This document shows positions 15,688 through 25,401 of a stretch of DNA of 63,145 nucleotides, piece after piece. The stretch spans positions 1 through 63,145 of the forward strand of contig JAJEDQ010000003.1 of NCBI GenBank assembly GCA_022821445.1, in the 5' to 3' direction. The translations under genes and the position numbers were made by a program. The first letter of the stretch is position 1, and each line of letters begins with the position of its first letter. Under the pieces are notes generated by a model that searched no databases, was not told the DNA's origin, and was given only the letters and a program-made list of their open reading frames with translations. The DNA is from Acidimicrobiia bacterium (GTDB lineage Bacteria > Actinomycetota > Acidimicrobiia > Acidimicrobiales > Bin134).

Positions 15688-17385
15688 TCAGCTCAGGCCG
15701 ACGATCTCGCCGTTTTCGTCGAGGTCGATGCCCATGGCGGCGGGTTGGCGGCCGAGGCCGGGCATGGTGCGCATGTCTCCGCAGATGGGGTAGACGAAGC
15801 CGGCGCCCACCGAGGCCCGCACCTCCCGCACCGGCAGGGTCCAGCCGGTGGGGGCGCCCTTGAGGGACGGGTCGGACGAGATCGACAGGTGGGTTTTGGC
15901 GATGCACACCGGGAGGTGGCCGAAGCCGGCCGACTCGTAGGTGTCGAGCTGGCGGTTGGCGGTGGCCGAATACTCCACGCCGTCGGCGCCGTACACGGTG
16001 GTGGCCACCGCGGCGATCTTGTCTTTGAGCGAGAGGTCGTCCTCGTACAGCACCTTGAACGAGCTGGGCTCCTCGCAGGCTTCAGCTACTGCCTCGGCCA
16101 GATCGGCTGCGCCCGCGCCGCCGTCGGAGAAGTGGGTGGTGACCGCGCAGCGGGCGCCGTACTCGTCGGCGATCTCGCCGATGGCGGCCAGATCGGCGTC
16201 GTGGTCGCCGGGGAAGGCGTTGATGGCTACCACCGGGGTCACACCGTGGGCCTTCATGTTGGAGAGCTGCTTGCGGAGGTTGTCGCCCCCGGCGTGTACC
16301 TCGTCGGGGTTCTCGGCCAGCAGCGCCTCGGGCAGGGGCCGCCCGGCCACGATCCGGTGGTTGCCGGAGTGGGCCTTGAGGCCCCGCACGGTGGCCACCA
16401 TCACCGCGGCATCCGGGTCGATGCCCGAATAGCGGCACTTGATGTTGAAGAACCGCTCCGCGCCCATGTCAGCGCCGAACCCGGCTTCGGTTACCAGGAA
16501 GTCGCCGGTGCGGATGGCGATGCGGTCGGCCACGATCGAGGAGTTGCCGGTGGCTATGTTGCCGAACGGACCGGTATGCACCAGGGCGGGGCCGCCCTCC
16601 AGGGTCTGCATAAGGTTGGGCTTGAGGGCGTCCTTCAACAGCACGGCCATGGCCCCAGCGGCCTTCAGGTCCTCGGCGGTCACCGGGTTGCCGGCTTTGG
16701 TGTAGCCCACCACGATCCGGCCCAGCCGGGCCCGCAAGTCCGACAGCGACGTGGCCAACGCCAAAGTGGCCATCACCTCGGACGCGGCGGTGATGTCGAA
16801 GCCTGATTCCCGGGGGACTCCGTCGAGCCGCCCGCCCAGGCCGATCACCACGTTGCGCAAGGCCCGGTCGTTGATGTCCACCACCCGTCGCCAGGTGATG
16901 TTGTGCAGATCGAGCCCCGACTCGTTGCCGTGGTAGATGTGCGCGTCGAGCATGGCCGAGCACATGTTGTGGGCTGCGGTCACCGCGTGCATGTCGCCGG
17001 TTAGGTGGAGGTTGAAAAGCTCCATGGGCACCACCTGGCTGTAGCCGCCGCCGGCCGCGCCGCCCTTGATGCCGAACGTCGGCCCCAGCGAAGGCTGGCG
17101 GATGGCGATAGTGGCCCTTTTGCCGATGTGCCCGAAACCTTGGCCCAGGCCCACCGTGGTGGTGGTCTTGCCCTCGCCCAGCGGTGTGGGAGTGATGGCG
17201 GTCACCACCACATAGCGGGCCCTGGGCCGGTCGGCCAGCGCCTCGATGGCGTCCAGGCTGATCTTGGCTGCCCCCGCCCCGTAGGGCTCCAGCATCTCGG
17301 TGGGGATGCCGGCTTCTTCAGCGATTTCAGTAAGCGGTCGGAGATTCGCCCCGCGGGCAATCTCGAGATCAGAAGGAAAAGACAT
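15688..17385 (-). CDS. fhs: formate--tetrahydrofolate ligase
   Basis: MSFPSDLEIARGA..., TAITPTPLGEGKTTTTVGL, GIKGGAAGGGYSQVVPME and FNLHLTGDMHA are canonical Fhs motifs. ATG 17385 is preceded by GAGAGG. Confidence 0.92.
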   Translation of the reverse strand: MSFPSDLEIARGANLRPLTEIAEEAGIPTEMLEPYGAGAAKISLDAIEALADRPRARYVVVTAITPTPLGEGKTTTTVGLGQGFGHIGKRATIAIRQPSLGPTFGIKGGAAGGGYSQVVPMELFNLHLTGDMHAVTAAHNMCSAMLDAHIYHGNESGLDLHNITWRRVVDINDRALRNVVIGLGGRLDGVPRESGFDITAASEVMATLALATSLSDLRARLGRIVVGYTKAGNPVTAEDLKAAGAMAVLLKDALKPNLMQTLEGGPALVHTGPFGNIATGNSSIVADRIAIRTGDFLVTEAGFGADMGAERFFNIKCRYSGIDPDAAVMVATVRGLKAHSGNHRIVAGRPLPEALLAENPDEVHAGGDNLRKQLSNMKAHGVTPVVAINAFPGDHDADLAAIGEIADEYGARCAVTTHFSDGGAGAADLAEAVAEACEEPSSFKVLYEDDLSLKDKIAAVATTVYGADGVEYSATANRQLDTYESAGFGHLPVCIAKTHLSISSDPSLKGAPTGWTLPVREVRASVGAGFVYPICGDMRTMPGLGRQPAAMGIDLDENGEIVGLS

Positions 17386-17522
17386 GGCCCCGCCTCTCAT
17401 GCTCGATGCTTGATGTCAACCCCGCAAGCGTACACGGACAATCGAAGTGTGATCGGGCGAGTGTCAGAGTCAATCCTTAGAATCGGATGGTGGCATCAAC
17501 GGCGCCATGACGGAGGCTCGCC

Positions 17523-18860
17523 ATGACTGACTTCTTCGACACTGTTCCCGAGCCGGTGGCGCATGCCGGAAGTCGCGCGGGACTCGGCCAGTTGGCTTAC
17601 CGGGTGTACGACCCCGATCGGGTGGTGATGGGGCGTCGCATGGAAGATCACCTGCGCATTGCGGTGTGCTACTGGCACAGCTTCAACTGGCCGGGCAGTG
17701 ACATATTCGGCCACGGCACGTTCGACCGACCCTGGCTGGAGCCCGACCAAGACCCGATGGCCGCGGCTCGGGCCAAGCAGGATGCCGCCTTCGAGTTCTT
17801 CGAGAAGCTGGGCACACCGTTCTACTGCTTTCACGACGTGGACATGGCCCCCGAGGGGGAATCCCTGGCCGAAAGCCGAGCCAATCTGGATGCGATGGTG
17901 GAGCGGGCGGCGGCCAAGATGGAGGCCACCGGCGTGCGGCTGCTGTGGGGCACGGCCAACCTGTTCTCCCATCCCCGCTACGCCGCGGGGGCGGCCACCA
18001 ATCCCGACCCAGATGTGTTCACCCACGCCGCGGCCCAAGTGCGCCATATGCTCGAGGCCACCCACCGACTCGACGGGGCCAACTACGTGCTGTGGGGCGG
18101 TCGGGAAGGCTACGAGACGCTGCTCAACACCCGGCTGCGCCAAGAGGCCGACCAGCACGCCCGCTTCTTGACCCTGGTGGCCGAGCACAAGCACAAGATC
18201 GGCTTCACCGGCACATTGCTCCTCGAGCCCAAGCCCCAGGAGCCCACCAAACACCAGTACGACTACGACTGCGCCTCGGTCCACGGTTTCCTAGACCGCT
18301 ACGGCCTCGTCGACGAGTTCAAGGTGAACATCGAGGTGAACCACGCCACCTTGTCGGGCCATTCCTTCCACCATGAGGTGGCCTATGCGGTGGACAACGG
18401 CATCTTCGGCAGCGTGGACGCCAACCGGGGCGATCCTCAGAACGGGTGGGACACCGACCAGTTCCCAAACTCGGTGGACGAACTGTCCCTGGCTCTCTAC
18501 GAGATCATGCGAGGCGGGGGGTTCACCACCGGCGGGTTCAACTTCGACACCAAGCTCCGGCGCCAGAGCATGGCCCGAGACGACCTGTTCTGGGGCCACA
18601 TCGGCGGCATCGACACGCTGGCCCGCTCCCTGCTGGTGGCCGAGGCCATGCTGGCCGACGGCGCCATCGAGCAGGCCCGGTCCGACCGCTACGGCAAGTG
18701 GGACACGGGTCTGGGCGCGGAAATCATGAAGGGCGAGATGGACCTGGCCGCGTTGGGCGACCAAGCAGTGGCCGACGGGCTCGACCCCCAGCCGGTGTCG
18801 GGACGTCAGGAGCGGCTGGAGAACGAGGTAAACCGCATCATCTGGTCCACGCCGAACTGA
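17523..18860 (+). CDS. xylA: xylose isomerase, class II (long, about 445 aa) type
   Basis: [62 protein letters not shown] and GWDTDQF are XylA catalytic and metal-binding motifs. Confidence 0.92.
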   Translation: MTDFFDTVPEPVAHAGSRAGLGQLAYRVYDPDRVVMGRRMEDHLRIAVCYWHSFNWPGSDIFGHGTFDRPWLEPDQDPMAAARAKQDAAFEFFEKLGTPFYCFHDVDMAPEGESLAESRANLDAMVERAAAKMEATGVRLLWGTANLFSHPRYAAGAATNPDPDVFTHAAAQVRHMLEATHRLDGANYVLWGGREGYETLLNTRLRQEADQHARFLTLVAEHKHKIGFTGTLLLEPKPQEPTKHQYDYDCASVHGFLDRYGLVDEFKVNIEVNHATLSGHSFHHEVAYAVDNGIFGSVDANRGDPQNGWDTDQFPNSVDELSLALYEIMRGGGFTTGGFNFDTKLRRQSMARDDLFWGHIGGIDTLARSLLVAEAMLADGAIEQARSDRYGKWDTGLGAEIMKGEMDLAALGDQAVADGLDPQPVSGRQERLENEVNRIIWSTPN

Positions 18861-18927
18861 TTTGGGGCCGAGTAACCGAATGTTAGATTGATCGGCTGAT
18901 GACGGGCATTGCTGCGATTGGCCGCTG

Positions 18928-20409
18928 ATGGCGAACTGCGCGCTGGTGGCCGGGGTGGACTCCTCCACCCAGTCCACCAAGGTCGAATTGCGAGAAATCG
19001 ACTCGGGTCGGCTGGTGGAGCGGACCAGTGCCCCACACAGCCACGCATGCTGGGAACCGCCGGTTAGCGAGCAGGAACCGGCAACTTGGTGGGAGGCGTT
19101 GAAAGCCTGCTTTGCCCAATTCACAGATGCCGACCGGTCGAACGTGGCGGCGGTGAGCGTGGCCGGTCAGCAGCACGGGCTGGTGCTGGTAGACGAGGAC
19201 GGCACGGTTCTGCGACCGGTCAAGCTGTGGAACGACACGACTTCTGCACCTCAGGCCCGAGATCTGGTTGCCCGCCACGGAGCAGAGCAGTGGGCCCAAC
19301 GCTGCGGGTCGGTTCCGCTGGCATCTTTCACCATCGCCAAGCTGGCCTGGGTGTTGGAGCACGAGCCCGAGTTGGGCGACCGGATCGCTCGGATCATGCT
19401 GCCCCACGACTGGATCACCTGGCGGCTGACCGGTGCCCATGTCACCGACCGTGGTGACGCCTCGGGCACCGGATGGTTTGATCCCGCCAGCAACGAACTG
19501 GCTGATGATCTCTTGGGGTTAGCGGTCGGTGGCCCGGAGAGCTGGCTGCCGCGCCTGCCCCGAGTGCTGGCCCCCGACGCTGCTGCTGGTGAGATCACCC
19601 CGGACGCGGCCTCCGCGTTGGGACTGCCCGAGTCGGTGCTAGTCGGCCCCGGCACCGGCGACAACATGGGCGCGGCCCTCGGCCTGGGGCTCAAGCCAGG
19701 CGACGCGGTCATCTCCCTGGGCACCTCTGGAACGGCCTACTCGGTGTCCCGCACACCGACCAGCGACCCGTCGGGAGCGGTGGCAGGATTCGCCGACGCT
19801 GCCGGCGGCTTCCTGCCCCTGGTGTGCACTCTCAACGCCACCCGGGTCACCGACACGGTGGCCCAATGGCTAGGCGTGGACGCCCCCGGTCTGGCCGAGA
19901 TGGCTTTGGCCGCCCCCGGCGGCCCGAACCCGCCGGTCCTGGTGCCCTACTTCGATGGGGAGCGCACCCCCGACCTGCCCGACGCTACCGGGCTCTTTGC
20001 CGGGTTGCGCAATGACACCACCCGCGAGGAGTTGGCCCTGGCCGCCCACGACGGCGTTCTCTGCGGCCTCTTCGACGGTCTCGACGCTCTTCGGGCCGCC
20101 GGCGTGGACGTCGGGGGCACGCTTCACCTCGTCGGAGGCGGGGCCCGCTCGAAGGCCTACCGGCTGAGAGCCGCAGCGCTGCACGGCGAGCCGGTGTCTG
20201 TGCCTGACGACGATGAGACGGTGGCGGTGGGCGCCGCGGTGCAGGCAGCGGCAGTTGCCACCACTCGCCACCCGGCTGAGGTTGCCGCCGACTGGCCGCT
20301 AGGGAGGGGAGAGCAGGTGGAGCCTCCAGTCGGCATCGCATGCGAAGAAGTCAGAGCCCGGTATGGGGAGCAGCGCCGGAGATCGTTCCCACCTGAATCA
20401 GGACGGTGA
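18928..20409 (+). CDS. xylB: xylulokinase (FGGY carbohydrate kinase)
   Basis: VAGVDSSTQSTKV, VAGQQHGLVLVD, KLWNDTTS, GTGDNMGAALGLG and LVGGGARSKAY are FGGY motifs. The gene lies immediately downstream of xylA. Confidence 0.85.
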   Translation: MANCALVAGVDSSTQSTKVELREIDSGRLVERTSAPHSHACWEPPVSEQEPATWWEALKACFAQFTDADRSNVAAVSVAGQQHGLVLVDEDGTVLRPVKLWNDTTSAPQARDLVARHGAEQWAQRCGSVPLASFTIAKLAWVLEHEPELGDRIARIMLPHDWITWRLTGAHVTDRGDASGTGWFDPASNELADDLLGLAVGGPESWLPRLPRVLAPDAAAGEITPDAASALGLPESVLVGPGTGDNMGAALGLGLKPGDAVISLGTSGTAYSVSRTPTSDPSGAVAGFADAAGGFLPLVCTLNATRVTDTVAQWLGVDAPGLAEMALAAPGGPNPPVLVPYFDGERTPDLPDATGLFAGLRNDTTREELALAAHDGVLCGLFDGLDALRAAGVDVGGTLHLVGGGARSKAYRLRAAALHGEPVSVPDDDETVAVGAAVQAAAVATTRHPAEVAADWPLGRGEQVEPPVGIACEEVRARYGEQRRRSFPPESGR

Positions 20410-20434
20410 TGCCCGGCTATGGGAGAGTAGGCCC

Positions 20435-21589
20435 ATGTCGAGCGATCTGATGATGCGGGAATTTGGGGCCAACCTGCCGGTTCCGGAGTTCGAAACCACC
20501 CCGTGGACAACGCCACCTCCACTGGCCGAGGCCACCGTGGCCATCGTGACCAGCGCCGCGCTGCACCGGCCTGATCAGGATCTGTTCACACCGTTTGACA
20601 CGGGCTACCGGATGATCGACCGGAGTGATCGCGAACTGGTATTGGGCCACTGGAGTACCAACTTCGACCGCTCGGCCTTTCTGCTAGACCACAACGCGGT
20701 GTACCCCATCGACCGACTCGAGGAGCTGGCCGCCGACGGGGTAGTCGGCCAGGTGGCGCCTCGGCATGTGGCGTTCGCCGGAAATCAGCCTGACACAGTG
20801 GAAGAAGTCCGACTCGACACCGGCCCGGCCGCGGCGGCCGAGTTGAAGGCCGATGGCGTGGACGTGGCCATCTTGACGCCGGTTTGACCACTGTGCACGC
20901 GCACCGTGTGTGTGCTGGCCCACGTTCTTGAAGATGCCGGGATCACCACCGTGGTACTGGCCTCGATGCGTCCGGTGGCCGAGAAGATGAAGGTGCCCCG
21001 CACGCTGTACTGCGAGTTCCCGTTGGGTCGGCCGCTGGGAATTCCCGGCGATGCCGAGTTCCAACACGATGTGCTGCGGGCCGCATTCGATCTGCTGGAG
21101 GCTTCGTCGGGGCCTGTGGTGGAGGACTACCCCAAAGCGGTGGAAGCTGACGAGACTCCACTGGCTTGCGACCTGCCTCCTCGCTTCGACGCCGACCTGT
21201 CGCCACCGGTGGCTGAGGCTCAGGGGTTACGGGCCGCCTACGGCCGAGCTGTGGCTCGCCGTGGGGCCACCGAGGTTGGCCGGTCAATCGGCAGCGATGA
21301 AGTGCCAGGTGCGCTGGCCGATCTGGAGCGGGTGGTCGCTGGCGAGCACTGGAAAGAGGTTTATGGCCCTCGCTTCGACACCATCGCGGTGTCCCATGAC
21401 ATCCGGGCGTACTACCAAGAGGCCGCCTTGGAGCTGGCCGACGGCCCGCCTGCCGGTGCTCGGCAAGTGGAAGCTTGGTTTTTTGAGAAGACCGAGGCAG
21501 GCAAGACGCTGGCCGCGGCCCGCGACGCCCTCAATGAACAAGGGGCGCCCGGCGGCATCACCTTCTACATGGTGCCGATCGGGCGCTGA
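20435..21589 (+). CDS. glycine/sarcosine/betaine/D-proline reductase selenoprotein B (GrdB/PrdB) family protein, selenocysteine at residue 151 (TGA 20885-20887)
   Basis: Track ORFs 20363..20887 and 20906..21589 are in the same frame. Read-through gives DVAILTPV-U-PLCTRTVCVLAHVLEDAGITTVVLASMRPVAEKMKVPRTLYCEFPLGRPLGIP. This matches the GrdB/PrdB pattern U-x-x-C-T-R...E.AGI..V...P.A...R....PLG.P. The start is ATG 20435. Confidence 0.75.
20889..20908 (+). promoter_or_regulatory. GC-rich hairpin immediately 3' of the grdB-like UGA (possible SECIS component)
   Basis: CACUGUGC-ACGC-GCACCGUG can form 7 base pairs with one U.C mismatch. It has not been evaluated against a SECIS model. Confidence 0.3.
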
Positions 21590-21601
21590 TCTTCGGGGAT
21601 C

Positions 21602-22762
21602 TCAGCCCACCGTAGGTAGCGGGTCGCCGATGCGGGCGAAGCAGTCAGCGGCGGTCGCGCCCATGAACGCGGTACGCACCTCATTGTTCAGCTCGTCCAA
21701 GGCGGGGCGGTAGAGCTCGATGGGGTCGGCGTTGCCCTCCTGATGGGGATAGTCGGAGGAGAACACCACCATGTCGGGCAGCGCGGCAACCACGTCTAAG
21801 GCGTCGGCGTCGCCGAAGCCGGGCAGGGGAGTGAGCCGCACGTTGCGGTGCAGCATCTCCTCGCCGCTGACCGGCCAGGGCCAATCACCCAACGACGGGG
21901 ACGACAGGCACTGGCGCGACAGCGTGGACACGTACCAGGGGAGCCATCCGGCCCGCATCTCCTCCACCAGCACGGTGAGGTTGGGGAACCGGTGGAATAC
22001 CCCGCCGAACAGCATGCCGGCAATGAGGTTCTGGGCCGCGTGCAGCCGCTGGGTATTGGCCAGCCGGATCAGCCCGCCGATGCCGGCCCCGTCGGGCAGG
22101 TCCCAGCCGATGTCAGCCCACTTGGAGAAGTCGGCCTCGGTGTTGCCCACATGGATCACCGCCACCATGCCCAGCGAGATAGCCGCGGCCCACACCTTGT
22201 CCCAGTCGGGGTGGCCAGGCGGGCCACCGACGGGCGCCCCCCTCAGGGTGTAGAGGAAGAACGCCCGGGCGCCCCGTTCCCGGCACCGTTCCAGCTCGTC
22301 CACCGCGTGGTCCAGGTCGGAGAAGTCGACAGTGGCCACCGTGTGGAGGCGGTCGCGCCGGTCCCATAGCTGCTCGGTGAGGAAGTCGTTGCACCGCTGG
22401 GCGGCCACCACCCGATCGTCGGGGCGCAAGTAGTCTTGCTTCTTGCAATAGGCGCCCGGATTCACCAGGCTGTGGTCGATGCCCACCGAGTCCATCCACG
22501 CCACCCGCTCAGCCGCGGTGGAGTCGTGGCGGGGATGCAGTACCACCGGTCCGCCGGATTTCTCGGCCCGTTCGAACAACTTTGGAAGCAGTTCTGCTGG
22601 AGGGGGCCGCCGCTCCGCGGGCAGTACTTGGAGCAGGTCGCCGGCGATAGCGTTGGCCAGATGCGTCCGGTTGTCAGGAATCTGATCGGCCCACTGCTTC
22701 ATCGGATCAACCCCTGCCGAGTCCCCCGTGATCTCCCAGTGGGTATCCACATCGATGATCAT
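21602..22762 (-). CDS. amidohydrolase family protein (amidohydrolase_2 / ACMSD-like metal-dependent hydrolase)
   Basis: The N-terminal MIIDVDTHWE is the metal-binding HxH region. VFSSDYPHQEG near the C-terminus is the conserved Asp-containing motif. Confidence 0.8.
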   Translation of the reverse strand: MIIDVDTHWEITGDSAGVDPMKQWADQIPDNRTHLANAIAGDLLQVLPAERRPPPAELLPKLFERAEKSGGPVVLHPRHDSTAAERVAWMDSVGIDHSLVNPGAYCKKQDYLRPDDRVVAAQRCNDFLTEQLWDRRDRLHTVATVDFSDLDHAVDELERCRERGARAFFLYTLRGAPVGGPPGHPDWDKVWAAAISLGMVAVIHVGNTEADFSKWADIGWDLPDGAGIGGLIRLANTQRLHAAQNLIAGMLFGGVFHRFPNLTVLVEEMRAGWLPWYVSTLSRQCLSSPSLGDWPWPVSGEEMLHRNVRLTPLPGFGDADALDVVAALPDMVVFSSDYPHQEGNADPIELYRPALDELNNEVRTAFMGATAADCFARIGDPLPTVG

Positions 22763-22813
22763 GCGCCGAGTCTAAGTGGTGGCTGGCCAGCGGGGCTTGC
22801 GAGCGGTGCTGCG

Positions 22814-22846
22814 GGCGGTTGGTGCGGAGGGGACGCTCCAACCGCC
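22814..22846 (-). terminator. possible stem-loop terminator after the sigma/anti-sigma operon
   Basis: GGCGGTTGG-N15-CCAACCGCC forms a 9-bp stem 47 nt downstream of the stop at 22893. There is no U-tract. Confidence 0.3.
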
Positions 22847-22892
22847 TACAGCAGTTCCACCGTCCTATCCGAGGTGGAGGTCGCGTTCATCG

Positions 22893-24863
22893 TCACTGCA
22901 CGGTGGCGATGAACCAGCGGGCGGGTTCGCCGGTGAGCATCAGGCCGTCTTCGTTCGTGGAATCGGAGGGATCGACTTGGTAGGGCTGGACACGGGCGAT
23001 CACGAAGTCGCTGCCCACAGCCAGTTCCACGTTGGTGAGCTCTTTCTCGACATCGGAGAGGCCAGTCAGGCCAAAGGCTCCGGAGAGGGTCTGCCACACC
23101 CATCTGGTACCGTCGGCCGACCATCCCACCCACGCTTCAACCCGCTGGGGTCTGATGTCTGGCGCGGCCAAGAAGCTCTCAGCGTTGGCCCAAGGTTCCA
23201 GTTCTTCCCTGGTGAACGACACAAGGTGTTCGCCGGTCTCCGGATCCTCAAAGACCAGCAGCTCGGGAGCGCCGTCGCCGCTCTCCACGACCCGGATGCC
23301 TTCAGGGAGCATGTTGCTCTGCTCGCCCTCGGCATCGAACACGTAGACGGCGGCGTCCTCGGTCAAGTCCCACAGGGTGAAGCCGCCCTCGGGCTCGGCG
23401 TAGCGCAGCTCATAGCCGTCTTTGGCGACCCGCAAGTCCAACTCGAGGTCGGCGTCGGGGAAGCTTCCGGGCACCGCCACCATGGCGATGCCCGAAGGGC
23501 CGACCGAGAAACGATTCACATGGGCAATGCCTTCTGGGAGCCCAGCGGCCAGGGGTGTGGTGTACACGCCATTGAGACGCTCGATTCGGTAATCGCCTGC
23601 TGCTCCACCCGATGTCCAGACCGTCTCATTGGTTGACCCGTAGTAGTTGGGGAGGCGATCGACGGGAGTTCCATCACCAGTGGACAAAGGAGATTGGCTC
23701 CATTGGCGGCCATCCGGGGAGGTGAGCTCCAGCGCCCCCCCGTCGGCGATCATCAAAAAGTGAAAGCCATTGGTCGCGCCGTAACCGGCAACATCCCAGC
23801 CCGAATACTCGGCCACGAGTTCCGCGGGTCCTCCGTCGCTGTGAAAGATGCGGACAAAGCTCCGATCGCCTCCGTAGAGGAAATCCTCTTCCTCGGCGGT
23901 CAGCTCAAACGACTCGGGCGGCGACGACTCGTCTCGGGTGAAGCTGACCGTGTTGCCTTCCACGCCCGTCCAGCCTTTTATCGATTCCTTGTCGGGCACC
24001 AGACCGCGACCCACGATAACCGCGGCGACGTCGGCATGGACGGGGCTTTCGACCGCCAACACCATGTTCTGCCCTGACACCGCTGCTGCTTCGACACGGG
24101 AGGTCTCGTCGAGGTCAACAATGTCGAGGGCGAGATCAGTCCACGTGGTTCCTCGGTCGTCAGAGAAGAACGCCTGGGTCTCGAAGCTGGTTTCGTTGAA
24201 TCTCCAACCAGTTACCAGCCAGCGATTCCCAGCGATGTCGAATCTCTCGGGTGTGAAGTCTGCTGGCATGGGAACCACGGTCCAGTCGCGGCCGTTCTCA
24301 GTCACCATGACCTGATTGCCGTCGGGGCCGTAGGCCTGGGCCAGCATCCGACCGTCGCCTACAGACAAAATGTGGTGGGCGTCGGGCAAGCCCGCACCGA
24401 AAACCTGGGCTGGCTCGAACTCTGTCCAGGCGACCGCTGGGATGGTGGACAGGCTCTCCGGCGTTTTGGGTTCGGAGCGAACCTCAGGATCAGTCTGGGG
24501 CGCGTCTTCTGGCTCATTCGGAGTTTCCGAGGCTGGTGCCGGGGTCGGTTCTGCACTCGGCTCGGGCACAGGGGAGGCAGTGGGATCATCGACCACGATG
24601 ACCTGGGTGGGTTGATCATCCTCCAAGGCATTCCAGGCGGCGATTCCGCCAGCTACCAGGGCAACCGAAGCGGCGATGCCCACTACTGCCCGGCGGGCGT
24701 TGCGGGCCTTGGCCCGGGCGGCGGCTCGCTCGGCGATCAATGACACCGGCGGCCGGGCAGCTGGGGCATCAACCCGTCCTCGGATGGCGGAGCCCAAGGC
24801 CTCGCCGAGGGCCTGATCGTCGGCGGCGGTCGGGTTCTCAGGGATGCGGCGCTCGTCGTTCAT
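22893..24863 (-). CDS. putative anti-sigma factor / membrane-anchored protein with extracytoplasmic BNR (Asp-box) beta-propeller-like domain
   Basis: There is a 4-nt overlap with the ECF sigma gene and a single TM segment (AVVGIAASVALVAGGIAAW), followed by a Pro/Glu-rich linker. Asp-box-like motifs are present: TENGRDWT, SDDRGTTWT and SPDGRQWS. Confidence 0.6.
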   Translation of the reverse strand: MNDERRIPENPTAADDQALGEALGSAIRGRVDAPAARPPVSLIAERAAARAKARNARRAVVGIAASVALVAGGIAAWNALEDDQPTQVIVVDDPTASPVPEPSAEPTPAPASETPNEPEDAPQTDPEVRSEPKTPESLSTIPAVAWTEFEPAQVFGAGLPDAHHILSVGDGRMLAQAYGPDGNQVMVTENGRDWTVVPMPADFTPERFDIAGNRWLVTGWRFNETSFETQAFFSDDRGTTWTDLALDIVDLDETSRVEAAAVSGQNMVLAVESPVHADVAAVIVGRGLVPDKESIKGWTGVEGNTVSFTRDESSPPESFELTAEEEDFLYGGDRSFVRIFHSDGGPAELVAEYSGWDVAGYGATNGFHFLMIADGGALELTSPDGRQWSQSPLSTGDGTPVDRLPNYYGSTNETVWTSGGAAGDYRIERLNGVYTTPLAAGLPEGIAHVNRFSVGPSGIAMVAVPGSFPDADLELDLRVAKDGYELRYAEPEGGFTLWDLTEDAAVYVFDAEGEQSNMLPEGIRVVESGDGAPELLVFEDPETGEHLVSFTREELEPWANAESFLAAPDIRPQRVEAWVGWSADGTRWVWQTLSGAFGLTGLSDVEKELTNVELAVGSDFVIARVQPYQVDPSDSTNEDGLMLTGEPARWFIATVQ

Positions 24864-25396
24864 TGCTCGACCACCTTTCGCAGTTCGGCCAATCCTCGGG
24901 AGGTGGCGCTTTTCACCGTGCCCGGACGCACCCCCATGGCCTGGGCGATCTCTTTTTCGGTCATATCGGCGTAGAACTTCAAGACAAGGACGGTCTTCTG
25001 ACGGGGTGAGAGCTGGTCTAGGGCATCAAGCAGGTAGTCCTGATCCTCAGGCTGGGGGGGAACGAACGGCCGGAGGCCAATCCGCCTCCTCACTTCTCGC
25101 TTCCTCAGCTCGCTTCGGGCGCCGTTCACCACCGCGGTGCGCAGATAGCCGCCGGGGTGGTCGAGCCGGCTCCATCGCTCGTACACCCTGGCGAAGGCGT
25201 CCTGGACGATCTCTTCTGCGATTTCCTGCACATCCACCAACCCTCGGGCGAGGCGCACCATCGGCCCGTATTCGTCTCGGTACAGGTCGTCGAAGCTCGT
25301 CAGCCGCGGAATCTCGCCAGTTGTCGTGGGCCCATGCCAAATCGGCTGGTTGCCCTCTGAAACTCCCGAAGCCATCCAAGGGATAGTCTTCATCAC
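24860..25396 (-). CDS. ECF-type RNA polymerase sigma-70 family factor
   Basis: Region 2 is EEIVQDAFARVYERWSRLDHPGGYLRTAVVNGA. Region 4 is LSPRQKTVLVLKFYADMTEKEIAQAMGVRPGTVKSATSRGLAELR. Confidence 0.85.
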   Translation of the reverse strand: MMKTIPWMASGVSEGNQPIWHGPTTTGEIPRLTSFDDLYRDEYGPMVRLARGLVDVQEIAEEIVQDAFARVYERWSRLDHPGGYLRTAVVNGARSELRKREVRRRIGLRPFVPPQPEDQDYLLDALDQLSPRQKTVLVLKFYADMTEKEIAQAMGVRPGTVKSATSRGLAELRKVVEQ

Positions 25397-25401
25397 TTGG
25401 C

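Noticed and set aside
17386-17522. A ZTP (pfl) or THF riboswitch upstream of fhs, and likewise upstream of folD at 4815-4924.
   Set aside because: I could not find the conserved GGGUCG...CCGCCUGGGC-type ZTP blocks or THF-riboswitch-like elements on the relevant strand. These regions look like ordinary divergent promoter DNA.
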